DNA of 32,085 nucleotides from an archaeon (lineage in GTDB: Archaea > Iainarchaeota > Iainarchaeia > Iainarchaeales > Iainarchaeaceae), in the NCBI GenBank assembly GCA_035289485.1, contig DATDXA010000022.1:1-32085 (forward strand), given 5' to 3'. Position 1 is the first letter of the stretch, and the number at the start of each line of letters is the position of its first letter. The position numbers were made by a program, and so were the translations under genes. Under the pieces are notes generated by a model. It searched no databases and was not told where the DNA came from. It saw nothing but the letters and a program-made list of their open reading frames with translations. Shown here in pieces: positions 8,884 through 18,082 of this stretch.

Positions 8884-9595
8884 GGGAGAGAGAAAGAGGC
8901 AAAAGAGCATAGCAGCGCCAAAGGTGCGCGGCTTTATGAGAAAAGTGGACACTTTCACGCCAAAGAGCAAGCCAGGACCGCACAACAAGGCAACATCAGT
9001 GCCGCTCTCGTTTGCGCTAAGGCAGGTTCTAAAGCTTACAAGCAACATGAAGGAGACAAAAAAGATTCTTTCAGCTGGAGATCTCAAAGTGAATGGAACA
9101 ATTAGAAAGAAGACGCATTTCCCTGTCGGAATATTTGACATTATCGAAATAGTTTCGGTCAAGAGAAAATTCAGGTTCCTTTTGGACACTAAAGGAAGGA
9201 TGATTGGAAAGGAAGTTGCGCACAAGGAAGGCAACTTTAAAGTTTCAAGAATTGTGGGCAAGAGAGTTGGAAAGGGCGGCAAGATGCTCGCAACCACAAA
9301 CGAAGGGTTCATCCTTGAAATCGGCAAGGAGAAAATAAATGTTGAGGATTCTGTGAAGATTTCAATTCCGGAAATGAAAGTTTTGGAAGTGTACCCAATG
9401 GACAAAGGGAGCACGGCATTCATTGTGGGCGGAACTCACACGGGAAAAACCGTAAGGCTCGAAGGGGTTCTTAGGGGCTCACTAAAGACGCACACGGTCG
9501 TTGAATTCGATGACAGCGGCAAGAAATACCAGACAGTTATTGACAATGTTTTCGTCGTCGGCAAATCAAAGCCGGAGATTGAGGCTCTGGCGTAA
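8873..9595 (+). CDS. rps4e: 30S ribosomal protein eS4
   Basis: KRQKSIAAP, PGPH, FPVGIFDII, GGTHTGK, NVFVVG. Confidence 0.96.
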   Translation: MANRGERKRQKSIAAPKVRGFMRKVDTFTPKSKPGPHNKATSVPLSFALRQVLKLTSNMKETKKILSAGDLKVNGTIRKKTHFPVGIFDIIEIVSVKRKFRFLLDTKGRMIGKEVAHKEGNFKVSRIVGKRVGKGGKMLATTNEGFILEIGKEKINVEDSVKISIPEMKVLEVYPMDKGSTAFIVGGTHTGKTVRLEGVLRGSLKTHTVVEFDDSGKKYQTVIDNVFVVGKSKPEIEALA

Positions 9596-9605
9596 GGTGA
9601 AGATT

Positions 9606-10121
9606 ATGGATTCGGAAAACGCAATGAAAAAAATCAGGATTGAGAAGGTCACAGTCAACATGGGAGTTGGCAAGACCGGAGACGAGCTTGATAAGGCCAT
9701 GGAGATTATGAGAAGAATTACCGGAGCAAAGCCTGTGGCAACCGAATGCAAGGTCAAAATCCCGACATGGGGAATAAGAGAGGGCCTTACAATCGGAACC
9801 AAGGTTACGCTCAGGGGCGAACTTGCGGATAAATTCCTGCGAGAAGCCCTGCTTGCAAAGGAAAACAAGATTGCAAAAAAGAGCTTTGATAAGTGCGGCA
9901 ATTTCGGATTTGGAATAAAGGAGTACATTGACATGCCAAAAGTAAAGTACGATCCAAAGCTTGGAATCCGCGGGCTTGATGTTTTGGTAACGCTTGAGCG
10001 GCCCGGATACAGGGTAAAGAAAAGGAAGCTTGCAAAGGGAAAGGTCAGCGGCTCACACATGATAAAGGCGGATGATGCGGTTAGTTTCATGAAAGAAAAG
10101 TTCGGGGTTGAAGTGGCATGA
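9606..10121 (+). CDS. rpl5: 50S ribosomal protein uL5
   Basis: IEKVTVNMGVG, WGIREG, KVTLRG, GNFGFGIKEYID, YDPKLGIRGLDV; SD aaggtga before ATG 9606. Confidence 0.98.
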   Translation: MDSENAMKKIRIEKVTVNMGVGKTGDELDKAMEIMRRITGAKPVATECKVKIPTWGIREGLTIGTKVTLRGELADKFLREALLAKENKIAKKSFDKCGNFGFGIKEYIDMPKVKYDPKLGIRGLDVLVTLERPGYRVKKRKLAKGKVSGSHMIKADDAVSFMKEKFGVEVA

Positions 10122-10276
10122 GTGAAAACAAGCCTCCAAGAAAAGACAAGCTAAGGCCGAGAATTTGCAAATGGTGCGGCACGCACAAGGGAGTAATGAG
10201 AAGGTTTGGGCTGAACATCTGCCGCAGATGCTTCAAGGACAATGCCCTCAAGATGGGATTTAGGAAGTTTGATTAG
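10118..10276 (+). CDS. rps14: 30S ribosomal protein uS14 (52 aa, below the ORF-track cutoff)
   Basis: Manual translation MSENKPPRKDKLRPRICKWCGTHKGVMRRFGLNICRRCFKDNALKMGFRKFD; CxxC...CRRCF zinc motif; between uL5 and uS8. Confidence 0.96.
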   Translation: MSENKPPRKDKLRPRICKWCGTHKGVMRRFGLNICRRCFKDNALKMGFRKFD

Positions 10277-10287
10277 GGGATGATGGG

Positions 10288-10680
10288 ATGAGCAGGACTG
10301 ACAGTATCGCGGATGCACTGACGCACCTAAAGAACAGCGAGAACGCCGCCAAAAGGGAATGTGTGGTAAGGCCGGCGTCCAAGCTGCTAAAGGAAATCTT
10401 TAGGATAATGCAGGCAAACGGGTACATTGGCTCCTTTGAACTTATAGATGATGGAAGGGAAGGAATGTTCAAGGTCCAGCTTGTTGGAAAGATTAACGAG
10501 GCGCGCGCGATAAAGCCTAGATATGCCGTTGGCAAAAACGAGTTTGAAAAATTCGAGAAGAAATATCTGCCGGCATACGATGTTGGAACCATAATAGTTT
10601 CAACGCCGCAGGGAGTGCTAACGCACGCGCAGGCAAAGGACAAGAATACAGGCGGAAGGCTGCTTGCATACATTTACTAA
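10288..10680 (+). CDS. rps8: 30S ribosomal protein uS8
   Basis: DSIADALTHLKN, GYIGSFELIDDGREG, IVSTPQGVLTH, GGRLLAYIY. Confidence 0.98.
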   Translation: MSRTDSIADALTHLKNSENAAKRECVVRPASKLLKEIFRIMQANGYIGSFELIDDGREGMFKVQLVGKINEARAIKPRYAVGKNEFEKFEKKYLPAYDVGTIIVSTPQGVLTHAQAKDKNTGGRLLAYIY

Positions 10681-10694
10681 AAAGGGTTGTTTTT

Positions 10695-11237
10695 ATGGAA
10701 GGAAAAATGGTTGAGACGGTGGAAATTCCCGCAGGAGTGCAAGCAGAGCTTGCAGGCAATGACGTCAAAGTCACAGCCTCGGGCAAGGCCAATTCAAGGC
10801 ATTTCAGGTCAACCGGGATTGCAATGAAAAAAGATGGCGAAAAAATAGAAATCTGGGCACTGAGCGAGAGAAGGAACGTTCTTGCAGAAGCAAAATCGGT
10901 TGCAACGCACATAAGGAACATGTTCTCTGGCCTTTCAAAGCCATACGAGTACAAGCTCGAAATCGTTTACAGCCATTTCCCAATGAACATTAAGGTAATG
11001 GATAAGGTCGTTGAGATTTACAACCTGGGCGGAGCAAAGCACCCAAGGAAAGCAAAAATAGTCGGAGATAGCAAGGTCACGGTGAAGGGAAAAGATATTT
11101 CTGTAACCGGCCAGAGCAAGGAAGCGGTTGGGCAAACTGCGGCCAACATGGAGCAGGCAACAAAAATCAAGGGCAAGGACATCAGGGTTTTTCAGGACGG
11201 AATTTACATCACGGCAAAGCCGCAAAGAGAGATGTAG
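10695..11237 (+). CDS. rpl6: 50S ribosomal protein uL6
   Basis: HIRNM, VYSHFPM, VGQTAANMEQAT, KDIRVFQDGIYI. Confidence 0.98.
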   Translation: MEGKMVETVEIPAGVQAELAGNDVKVTASGKANSRHFRSTGIAMKKDGEKIEIWALSERRNVLAEAKSVATHIRNMFSGLSKPYEYKLEIVYSHFPMNIKVMDKVVEIYNLGGAKHPRKAKIVGDSKVTVKGKDISVTGQSKEAVGQTAANMEQATKIKGKDIRVFQDGIYITAKPQREM

Positions 11238-11260
11238 TGTGAAATTTTGAAGGAATGCTT

Positions 11261-11419
11261 ATGAAAATCGAAACACCGAAAAAGCCGAACAAGGAAGCAG
11301 CAAAGTGGGAAGAGCACATGAACAAGAAAACCCACACAGCAGCCAAAGGCCCTGATGCGGAAATAATTCCTGCAAAGAAGAAGGAGAGCGTTGCTCCTGC
11401 AAAAGGGAATGTTGAAGTT
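11261..11419 (+). repeat. Direct repeat copy 2 (N-terminal module shared by uL23 and eL32)
   Basis: Aligns without gaps to 3680-3838. Confidence 0.95.
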
Positions 11420-12034
11420 ATGGCAAAAAAAGAAGCCCCGAAAGCGGAAGTCAAGCAGGCCGCTGCAACTGCAAAGCCGCAGGCACACACTGGGCAGGAC
11501 CACACGCATGCGGACGGGACTTATCACGCTCATGCACATGAGCAACCTGAAGTGAAGAAGGCTGCAGTTTCGGAAACAAAAGCGGCGGCAAAAGAAACAA
11601 AGCCGGCTGTGAAAAAGGAGAAGGTTCCGAAGAAATCAAGGAAGGTTATTCTCAAGAAAAGCAAGGACGCCTCAGAACTTGTTCTGAAGGTTCGCCTCAA
11701 GGCCGGAACCCCGACATTCAGGGGAAGGTTTGGCAAGAGAAATATCAGAAGAAAGAGCATTCCGAAGTGGAATGTGTGGAGAGTTCCAAGGGGAATTGAT
11801 GTCAAAAAATCCATGGCCGATGGTTACATGCCAAGGGTCGGATTTGCAACGCCAAGGGAAATTAGGCACGTGCACCCAAGCGGGTATAGGGAATCGAGCG
11901 TGAAAACCATGAACGAACTCCTTGCGGTTCCTAAGGGAAATGCAATCAGAATTGTCGCAGGGCTTGGAAGGAAGAAAAAAATCGGGATTGTTGACAAGGC
12001 AATTGAAATGGGAGTGAAGGTTCTCAACCCATAA
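11261..12034 (+). CDS. rpl32e: 50S ribosomal protein eL32 with a long N-terminal extension (alternative ATG at 11255)
   Basis: C-terminal PTFRGR, WRVPRGID, PRVGFATP, RHVHPSGY, GVKVLNP; lies between uL6 and eL19. Confidence 0.95.
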   Translation: MKIETPKKPNKEAAKWEEHMNKKTHTAAKGPDAEIIPAKKKESVAPAKGNVEVMAKKEAPKAEVKQAAATAKPQAHTGQDHTHADGTYHAHAHEQPEVKKAAVSETKAAAKETKPAVKKEKVPKKSRKVILKKSKDASELVLKVRLKAGTPTFRGRFGKRNIRRKSIPKWNVWRVPRGIDVKKSMADGYMPRVGFATPREIRHVHPSGYRESSVKTMNELLAVPKGNAIRIVAGLGRKKKIGIVDKAIEMGVKVLNP

Positions 12035-12060
12035 AGGGCTGTTCACGGAAGGTTACTGTT

Positions 12061-12501
12061 ATGAATGAAAGAAAAGCAAGGTTGGTTGCGGCAAGAATCC
12101 TGAAAGTTGGAGAGTCCAAGATTTGGATAAACCCAGAGCAGCTTGCGCGCGTTGGCGAGGCAATGACTAAGGAGGATTTGCGCGCGCTCATAAAGGAAGG
12201 GGTTGTGAAAAAGAGGCTTGACCATCTGCAGAGCCGCGGAAGGGCAAGAGTTCTGCTTGCAAAGAAAAAAAAAGGAAGAAAGAGGGGAAAGGGAAAGCGC
12301 ACAGGCACAAAGAAGGCAAGGAAGGGAGACAAGAAGATGTGGATGAAGAATGTGCGCGCGCAAAGAAGGGTTCTTGCTGAACTCAAAGAGTCCGGCGCCA
12401 AATTCAAGAAGACTCCGAGGGAAATTTATCTTATGATAAAGGGAAATTATTTCAGGGGAAAGAATTACCTCAAGCAAATGGTTGAGGAGGGTTCGAAATG
12501 A
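12061..12501 (+). CDS. rpl19e: 50S ribosomal protein eL19
   Basis: AARILKVGESKIWINP, SRGRAR, GKRTGTKKAR, WMKNVRAQRR, KGNYFR. Confidence 0.97.
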   Translation: MNERKARLVAARILKVGESKIWINPEQLARVGEAMTKEDLRALIKEGVVKKRLDHLQSRGRARVLLAKKKKGRKRGKGKRTGTKKARKGDKKMWMKNVRAQRRVLAELKESGAKFKKTPREIYLMIKGNYFRGKNYLKQMVEEGSK

Positions 12502-13004
12502 GCACAAGCCCGACATATGTTGTGAAGTTCCGAAGGCGAAGGGAGTCCAAGACGGATTATAGAAAGAGGCTTGCCCTTCTAAAATCTGGAAAGCAAAGGC
12601 TAGTTGTGCGCAAAGGAAACAACTCTGTTACAGTTGAAGTGGTTTCATATGACCCCAAGGGAGACAAGGTGAGCGCATTTTTCACAAGCGCCGCGCTAAA
12701 AAAGCTTGGCTGGAAGGGCCATAGCGGAAATCTCCCTGCGGCATACCTTGCGGGATATGCGTGCGCAAAGAAGGCGGTAAAATCTGGCGTGAAGGAAGCT
12801 GTGCTCGATATTGGGCTGCTCTCTCCGGTTCATGGCAGCAGGCCATTTGCAGCGCTCAAAGGAGCGATTGATGCTGGTTTGAAGATTCCGTGCGATGCTA
12901 CGGTTTTCCCAAAGGCAGAGAGGATTAATGGAAAGCACATAAGTGAGGATGCTGTAAAAGATTTCAATGCGCTAAAGGCGGCAATCGATAAGGAGTTCGG
13001 GTGA
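12498..13004 (+). CDS. rpl18: 50S ribosomal protein uL18
   Basis: FRRRRESKTDYRKRLALL, NLPAAYLAG, LDIGL, KGAIDAGL. Confidence 0.97.
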   Translation: MSTSPTYVVKFRRRRESKTDYRKRLALLKSGKQRLVVRKGNNSVTVEVVSYDPKGDKVSAFFTSAALKKLGWKGHSGNLPAAYLAGYACAKKAVKSGVKEAVLDIGLLSPVHGSRPFAALKGAIDAGLKIPCDATVFPKAERINGKHISEDAVKDFNALKAAIDKEFG

Positions 13005-13010
13005 TGAAAA

Positions 13011-13715
13011 ATGCCTAGAAGGGAAAGAAAGTTTGAAACTGATGAGGAAAAGCAGGTTCGAGCGCAGGAAGCTCGCGACAAGCACCTGCAGACATGGGTT
13101 CCGAAGACAGCCGTTGGCAAGATGGTTCAGAACGGGGAAATTTCGAGCATGGATGATTTTTTCTCAAAAGGCATGAGGGTAATGGAGCCTGAGATTGTGG
13201 ATATTCTACTGCCCGGAATGACCGACAAGATGGTTGAACTAAGAAAGACCGCAAGAATCACAAGGCAGGGAAGAAGCTTTTCATTTAGAGCTGCAGTGCT
13301 CATAGGAGACGGAGATAGTTACATCGGAATCGGCACTGCAAAGGACCGGGAAAGGTTCCCCGCACTTACAAAGGCGATGAATAATGCCAAGCTCTCAATA
13401 ATTAAAGTGAGAAAGGGATGCGGCTCATGGGAGTGCAGATGCAAAGAGCATCACTCGGTGCCATTCAAGGCAGAGGGCAATTCATCTTCGGTTAGGGTAA
13501 TACTTTTGCCCGCGCCAAAAGGCACAGGGCTTGTTGTTGGTGAAAAAATAAAGGATGTTCTAAAGTTTGTCGGGATAAAAGATGTCTGGAGCAAAACCCG
13601 CGGCAACACAGGCTCAACGCTTGACTTTGTTTGCGCGGCAGTGAATGCACTTGCGGCAACAAATGATGTTAAGTACTCTGAGGACATGGCAAAGAAGCTG
13701 GAGGAGAGGAAATGA
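13011..13715 (+). CDS. rps5: 30S ribosomal protein uS5
   Basis: WVPKTAVGKMV, EPEIVD, RKGCGSWECRC, PAPKGTGLV. Confidence 0.98.
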   Translation: MPRRERKFETDEEKQVRAQEARDKHLQTWVPKTAVGKMVQNGEISSMDDFFSKGMRVMEPEIVDILLPGMTDKMVELRKTARITRQGRSFSFRAAVLIGDGDSYIGIGTAKDRERFPALTKAMNNAKLSIIKVRKGCGSWECRCKEHHSVPFKAEGNSSSVRVILLPAPKGTGLVVGEKIKDVLKFVGIKDVWSKTRGNTGSTLDFVCAAVNALAATNDVKYSEDMAKKLEERK

Positions 13716-14284
13716 GCTGGAAAGGAAACGCAGCTGCAAAAGCGCCAAAACAGAAAGAGACAAAGGCGCAAACAGCATCCGCTCATGCGGCAACTAAGAA
13801 GGCACAGGAAGCAGCGGGCGGCATGATTGCAGTTATTAGAATCAGGGGAACCGCGGGCGTTTCTGGAAAAATAGAGCAGACGCTTGGAATGCTAAGGCTT
13901 CACAAGTCAAATCATATGGCAATTGTCATGAATAATATGTCAATGAGAAAAATGGTTGACAAGGTGAAGGATTTTGTAGCTTACGGGGACATATCAGAAC
14001 AAACACTCGAAGCCGCACTTGAAAAGAGAGGGCTGATTGAGGGCAACAAAAGAATCACCCCGGAGTTTTTGAAGGAGAAAAAGTTTTCAGGTTTTGATGA
14101 ACTCGCAAAAGCGATTTATTCCGGAAAAAACAAGCTAAAAGAGCTCGGCCTTGAGCCGCTTTTTAGGCTTAACCCTCCAAAAAAGGGGCATGAGAGGGGC
14201 GGAATCAAAAAGCCTTACAGGCAGGGCGGAGCTCTTGGAAACAGGGGAAAGGAAATAAATGAACTTATAATGAGGATGATTTAG
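13712..14284 (+). CDS. rpl30: 50S ribosomal protein uL30 (archaeal type) with an A/K-rich N-terminal extension
   Basis: IAVIRIRG, TLGMLRL, KVKDFVAYG, FRLNPPKKG, GGALGNRGKEINELIMRMI. Confidence 0.96.
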   Translation: MSWKGNAAAKAPKQKETKAQTASAHAATKKAQEAAGGMIAVIRIRGTAGVSGKIEQTLGMLRLHKSNHMAIVMNNMSMRKMVDKVKDFVAYGDISEQTLEAALEKRGLIEGNKRITPEFLKEKKFSGFDELAKAIYSGKNKLKELGLEPLFRLNPPKKGHERGGIKKPYRQGGALGNRGKEINELIMRMI

Positions 14285-14309
14285 GTTTAGGTGAATTGGG
14301 GCGGTTGGT

Positions 14310-14813
14310 ATGGTTGTTAGAAAAAGGAGAAAGAAGAACAAGATGAGGGGCAACCGCATGCACGGCGGAGGCAACACCAAAAACCGCAGGGGTTCTGGTG
14401 GAAGGGGCGGTGTCGGAAGGGCAGGAAGCCACAAGCACAAATTTTCAAAATACTGGATGACATTTGGAATAAAAAGAACTCTCAAGGCAAAGGGAAAAGA
14501 AGAGGCAATAAACCTTGAGCAAATCTCGCGCAGCATTGAAAAGTGGCTCGCTTCAGGAAGGGCAAAAAAGGAAGGCGAAATGATTGTAATTGACGGAAGC
14601 GTGCTCGGCTTTGGCAAGGTGCTTGGCAAGGGAGAGGCAAGCGGAAAGTTCAAGATTTTGAATGCAAAAGCATCAAAGGGCGCGCTCAAAAAGATTCTTG
14701 TAAAGGGTGGAACAGCGCAGGGCGCTGATGAGGCCGCGGCTGAGGATGAGGAATTCGAAGTTGACGAAGCCGAAGGGGAAGTTGAAGGCGCTGCAAAGGA
14801 AGGGGAAGAATGA
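14310..14813 (+). CDS. rpl15: 50S ribosomal protein uL15 with an acidic C-terminal tail
   Basis: KMRGNRMHGGG, RGSGGRGGVGRAG, KHK, GFGKVLGKG. Confidence 0.97.
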   Translation: MVVRKRRKKNKMRGNRMHGGGNTKNRRGSGGRGGVGRAGSHKHKFSKYWMTFGIKRTLKAKGKEEAINLEQISRSIEKWLASGRAKKEGEMIVIDGSVLGFGKVLGKGEASGKFKILNAKASKGALKKILVKGGTAQGADEAAAEDEEFEVDEAEGEVEGAAKEGEE

Positions 14814-16225
14814 GTGTACTCGAGGCCCTAAAGCCGATTTACAGCCTGCTTCCTGAGGTCAAAACGCCTGAGGAAAAGCAGACACTTAAAAAAAGGCTTA
14901 TCTGGACCGGAGTTATACTGCTTATTTTTTTCCTGATGGGAAACATACAGCTTATTGGGATAAGCGGCCAGAGCCTTGGCGGGCAGCTTGAAAGCGCGCA
15001 GATTGTACTTGCACTAAAAATCGGAACTCTGATAAGCGCAGGGATTGGCCCGATAGTTCTTGCATCGATTATACTCCAGCTTCTAATCGGCGGAGGCCTC
15101 ATAAAACTCGACCTCTCAAACCCTGCCGAGAAGGCGCAGTTTAGCGGAACGCAAAAACTTCTTGCGATAGTTCTCAGTTTTGTTGAAGGATTTTTTTACC
15201 TTGCGGGCGGCCTCTTGGTTGCAGAGCCCGGAATGTTCCTATTTGTCCTCCTGCAGATGGCATTTGGCTCGATACTTCTGCTTTACATGGATGAAGTGGT
15301 TTCAAAATACGGAATCGGTTCTGGAATCGGCCTATTCATCGCGGGCGGAGTTGCAGAAGAGATTTTCTGGAGGGCATTCTCGCCGCTTGATGTTTCAAGA
15401 AACATTACCGGCCTTGACGGCTCTGGCCTTGTGTTTGTATTCATACGTGAGATTGGAAGCAGCATAGGAAGCGCGCTCGTGGCTATGCTCCCGATAATAT
15501 TCACTCTCGTGGTGTTCTTTGTTGTTGTTTACGCGGAAGGAATACATGTGAACATACCAATCACAATGGGCGCAAGGGGCACTGGGGGAAGATACCCAGT
15601 AAAATTCCTCTATGTGTCCAACATGCCAGTTATTTTGGCGGCGGCGCTGTTTGCAAACATACAGATTTGGGCAACGCTTGTGAAAGGAAGGGTTCCCATA
15701 CTCGAAAATATTATAGGGGGGCTTGCCGCAATTGTAAGCGCGCCAACCCAACTTGTGGAAAAAATTTTCTTAGAAGGCCTCTCCCCGGAAATTTTAAATC
15801 AGATAGTGCAAAGCATAACCACTCTGCAGTTTGTGGGGCTTGGAGGCGAAATAATACACGGTTTCCTCTACATAATTGTGCTTACGATTTTGTGCATAGT
15901 CTTTGGAAAGTTCTGGATAGAACTCGGAGGACAGGGTTCAGAGAGGGTTGCAGCGCAGCTTGATAAGGCAGGAATGTCAATACCAGGGTTTAGAAGGGAC
16001 CCGCGCGTGATAAAACAGGTGCTTGATAGGTACATTCCAACCATTACAATACTTGGCTCTGCGTTTGTTGGTATCTTGGCAGGTTTTGCAGACCTTACTG
16101 GGGCACTTGGAACAGGAACCGGAATTTTGCTCACTGTTGGCATAGTTTACAGGCTCTATGAGGAGCTTGCAAAGCAGCAGCTTGCCGAAATGCACCCAAT
16201 GCTTGGGGCATTTTTTGGCGGATGA
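14810..16225 (+). CDS. secY: Preprotein translocase subunit SecY
   Basis: Multi-TM protein; GIGPIVLASIILQLL, SKYGIGSGIGLFI, YPVKFLYVSNMPVIL, IPGFRRDPR, GTGILLTVGI. Confidence 0.98.
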   Translation: MSVLEALKPIYSLLPEVKTPEEKQTLKKRLIWTGVILLIFFLMGNIQLIGISGQSLGGQLESAQIVLALKIGTLISAGIGPIVLASIILQLLIGGGLIKLDLSNPAEKAQFSGTQKLLAIVLSFVEGFFYLAGGLLVAEPGMFLFVLLQMAFGSILLLYMDEVVSKYGIGSGIGLFIAGGVAEEIFWRAFSPLDVSRNITGLDGSGLVFVFIREIGSSIGSALVAMLPIIFTLVVFFVVVYAEGIHVNIPITMGARGTGGRYPVKFLYVSNMPVILAAALFANIQIWATLVKGRVPILENIIGGLAAIVSAPTQLVEKIFLEGLSPEILNQIVQSITTLQFVGLGGEIIHGFLYIIVLTILCIVFGKFWIELGGQGSERVAAQLDKAGMSIPGFRRDPRVIKQVLDRYIPTITILGSAFVGILAGFADLTGALGTGTGILLTVGIVYRLYEELAKQQLAEMHPMLGAFFGG

Positions 16226-16346
16226 TTGGGGTTTTAAAAGGTATTGGGAGGAGATTTCTAAGTTGGCAATGGCGCCGGCAACGGCTCTGTTCTATTTGCC
16301 AGCGGTTTAAATTTCCAGTATAGGATTGGATTGAAGGTTTTGTTTG

Positions 16347-16856
16347 ATGCTATTTGGCGCAATGGTGGACATAGCCCTTATAACGGCGGTTTTGTATGCC
16401 ATTTCCCAGACTGTACAAAACAAGTTCATGAACAAGGATGACATGAAAAGGCATCAGGAAGAGATTAAGATAAAACAGGGGAAAATGAAGGAGCTGATGA
16501 AAAAGGAGGATCAAAAATCCAAAAATGAGCTTGAAACGCTTGAGCGCGAAATGATGGAAACAATGCAGAAAATGATGTCTGGCTCATCCAAAGTGATGCT
16601 GGTATCAATGGTGCTTTTTTTGCCCGCATTGTGGATTCTCGGCGCGTTCTATGGGGAGGCAATAATTAAGCTTCCGATTCCGCTTCCATGGCTCTCAAAC
16701 GGATTTGACCTTTTTAGTATCGGAACATGGGGAGTTGCAATTTATAACGAAACCAACTGGTTTGGATGGTACTTTGTTTGCTTCCTTGTGCTCTCAGTGA
16801 TTGTGAATATTTTTAACGGGCTGCGAAAAAAAGTGGCGGTTATTCAGAATGGTTGA
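16347..16856 (+). CDS. DUF106 / EMC3-TMCO1-like (Oxa1 superfamily) membrane protein
   Basis: TM helix, Met-rich coiled coil, TM helix, then a WFGWYF motif before the last TM; usual archaeal position between secY and eL34. Confidence 0.85.
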   Translation: MLFGAMVDIALITAVLYAISQTVQNKFMNKDDMKRHQEEIKIKQGKMKELMKKEDQKSKNELETLEREMMETMQKMMSGSSKVMLVSMVLFLPALWILGAFYGEAIIKLPIPLPWLSNGFDLFSIGTWGVAIYNETNWFGWYFVCFLVLSVIVNIFNGLRKKVAVIQNG

Positions 16857-17211
16857 CAGACAAACAAGAATGAAGAAAAAGAGGTTCGCAAAAACCCCTG
16901 GCGGAAGGACCGCAATTCATTACTCACGCTCAACTACATCCTATGCGGAGTGCGCGGTTACCGGGCACAAACTCGCAGGCACAGGAAACCAGACAAAGAG
17001 CTTTGTTAGAAAAAAGGCAAAAACGCATAGAAGGCCGAGCGTGAAGTTTGGCGGAGTGCTCTCATCTGGCGCGAGAAAAGAGCTTTGGGAAAATTATGCA
17101 CTCGTGATTTCCGGAAAAAAGCAGGTCACTGGAATTCCTGCAAAGCTGCGCAAGTTTGTTCAAGCATCCATCAAGGATGTTTCTAAAGATTCACTTAAGG
17201 TGAAAGCATGA
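16849..17211 (+). CDS. rpl34e: 50S ribosomal protein eL34
   Basis: KTPGGRTAIHY, CAVTGHKLAG, RRPSVKFGGVLS. Confidence 0.92.
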   Translation: MVDRQTRMKKKRFAKTPGGRTAIHYSRSTTSYAECAVTGHKLAGTGNQTKSFVRKKAKTHRRPSVKFGGVLSSGARKELWENYALVISGKKQVTGIPAKLRKFVQASIKDVSKDSLKVKA

Positions 17212-17432
17212 GAGCGCTAGAAGTTGGTTCCGTGTGCGTGAAAACCACCGGGCGAGAAGCTGGCAACAGGGCGGTTGTAATTGACACGGTGGATGAAAAG
17301 TTTGTGCTTATACAGGGGCCAAGGGTTCGGAAAAGGAAGTGCAATATACTGCACTTGATTCCAATCGGCAAGAAAGTGAATGTAACAAAGAGTGTGACGC
17401 AAAAAGAACTGGAGCAGATGCTTTCGGAGTGA
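17208..17432 (+). CDS. rpl14e: 50S ribosomal protein eL14
   Basis: EVGSVCVKTTGREAG, VIDTVDEKFVLIQGP, KRKCNILHLIP. Confidence 0.95.
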   Translation: MRALEVGSVCVKTTGREAGNRAVVIDTVDEKFVLIQGPRVRKRKCNILHLIPIGKKVNVTKSVTQKELEQMLSE

Positions 17433-17438
17433 ATTTGA

Positions 17439-18065
17439 ATGGAACAAAAAGACAAACACCAGGCAAAGGGCGACAAAAGGGAAGCCCAGAGAGCGAGCTT
17501 CCAGAAAAGCTTTGAAGACCAGACCGGGCCAAAAGAGGACATTAGGCTTATTGTGAGAATAACGGGAATTGACCTGGATGGCAGAAAGCCAATTGAGAGG
17601 TCACTTACAAAAATTAAGGGAATTGGCGTACGAATGGCAAAAAACATCGCGGTTGCATTTGAAAAATCGAGCGGAATTTCAGCTTCGCTTAAGACCGGAA
17701 AGCTCAGCGAAGAGCAGAGCAAAAAGCTCGAAGAAGTTGTGCTCACTCCTGCAAAATTCGGGGTTCCTTTGTGGTCACTAAATAGGAGAAATGATTTTTA
17801 CACGGGGGAGAACTCTCATCTTGTTATGAGCGATCTTGATTTGCGCCTCAGAAGCGATCTGCAGCGCATGACTGAAACTAAATCCTATAAGGGTTTGAGG
17901 CACGCATGGGGCCTGCCGGTGAGAGGCCAGAGAACAAAGAGCACTCATAGGGGCAAGGGCGGAATTGTCGGGGTTGTAAAGAAGGAGCAGGCAAAATCAG
18001 GAGCTCCTGCAACAGCAAAGACAGCTGGAGCAGTAGCGCCAAAGAAAGAGGAGAAAAAGAAGTAG
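17439..18065 (+). CDS. rps13: 30S ribosomal protein uS13
   Basis: IVRITGIDLDG, LTKIKGIG, SYKGLRHAWGLPVRGQRTKS. Confidence 0.98.
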   Translation: MEQKDKHQAKGDKREAQRASFQKSFEDQTGPKEDIRLIVRITGIDLDGRKPIERSLTKIKGIGVRMAKNIAVAFEKSSGISASLKTGKLSEEQSKKLEEVVLTPAKFGVPLWSLNRRNDFYTGENSHLVMSDLDLRLRSDLQRMTETKSYKGLRHAWGLPVRGQRTKSTHRGKGGIVGVVKKEQAKSGAPATAKTAGAVAPKKEEKKK

Positions 18066-18082
18066 TGTTTGAAGGGATATGA

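Noticed and set aside
16226..16346. adk pseudogene remnant
   Set aside because: No P-loop (GxxGxGKT) was evident in the frame I translated; only the position is suggestive.
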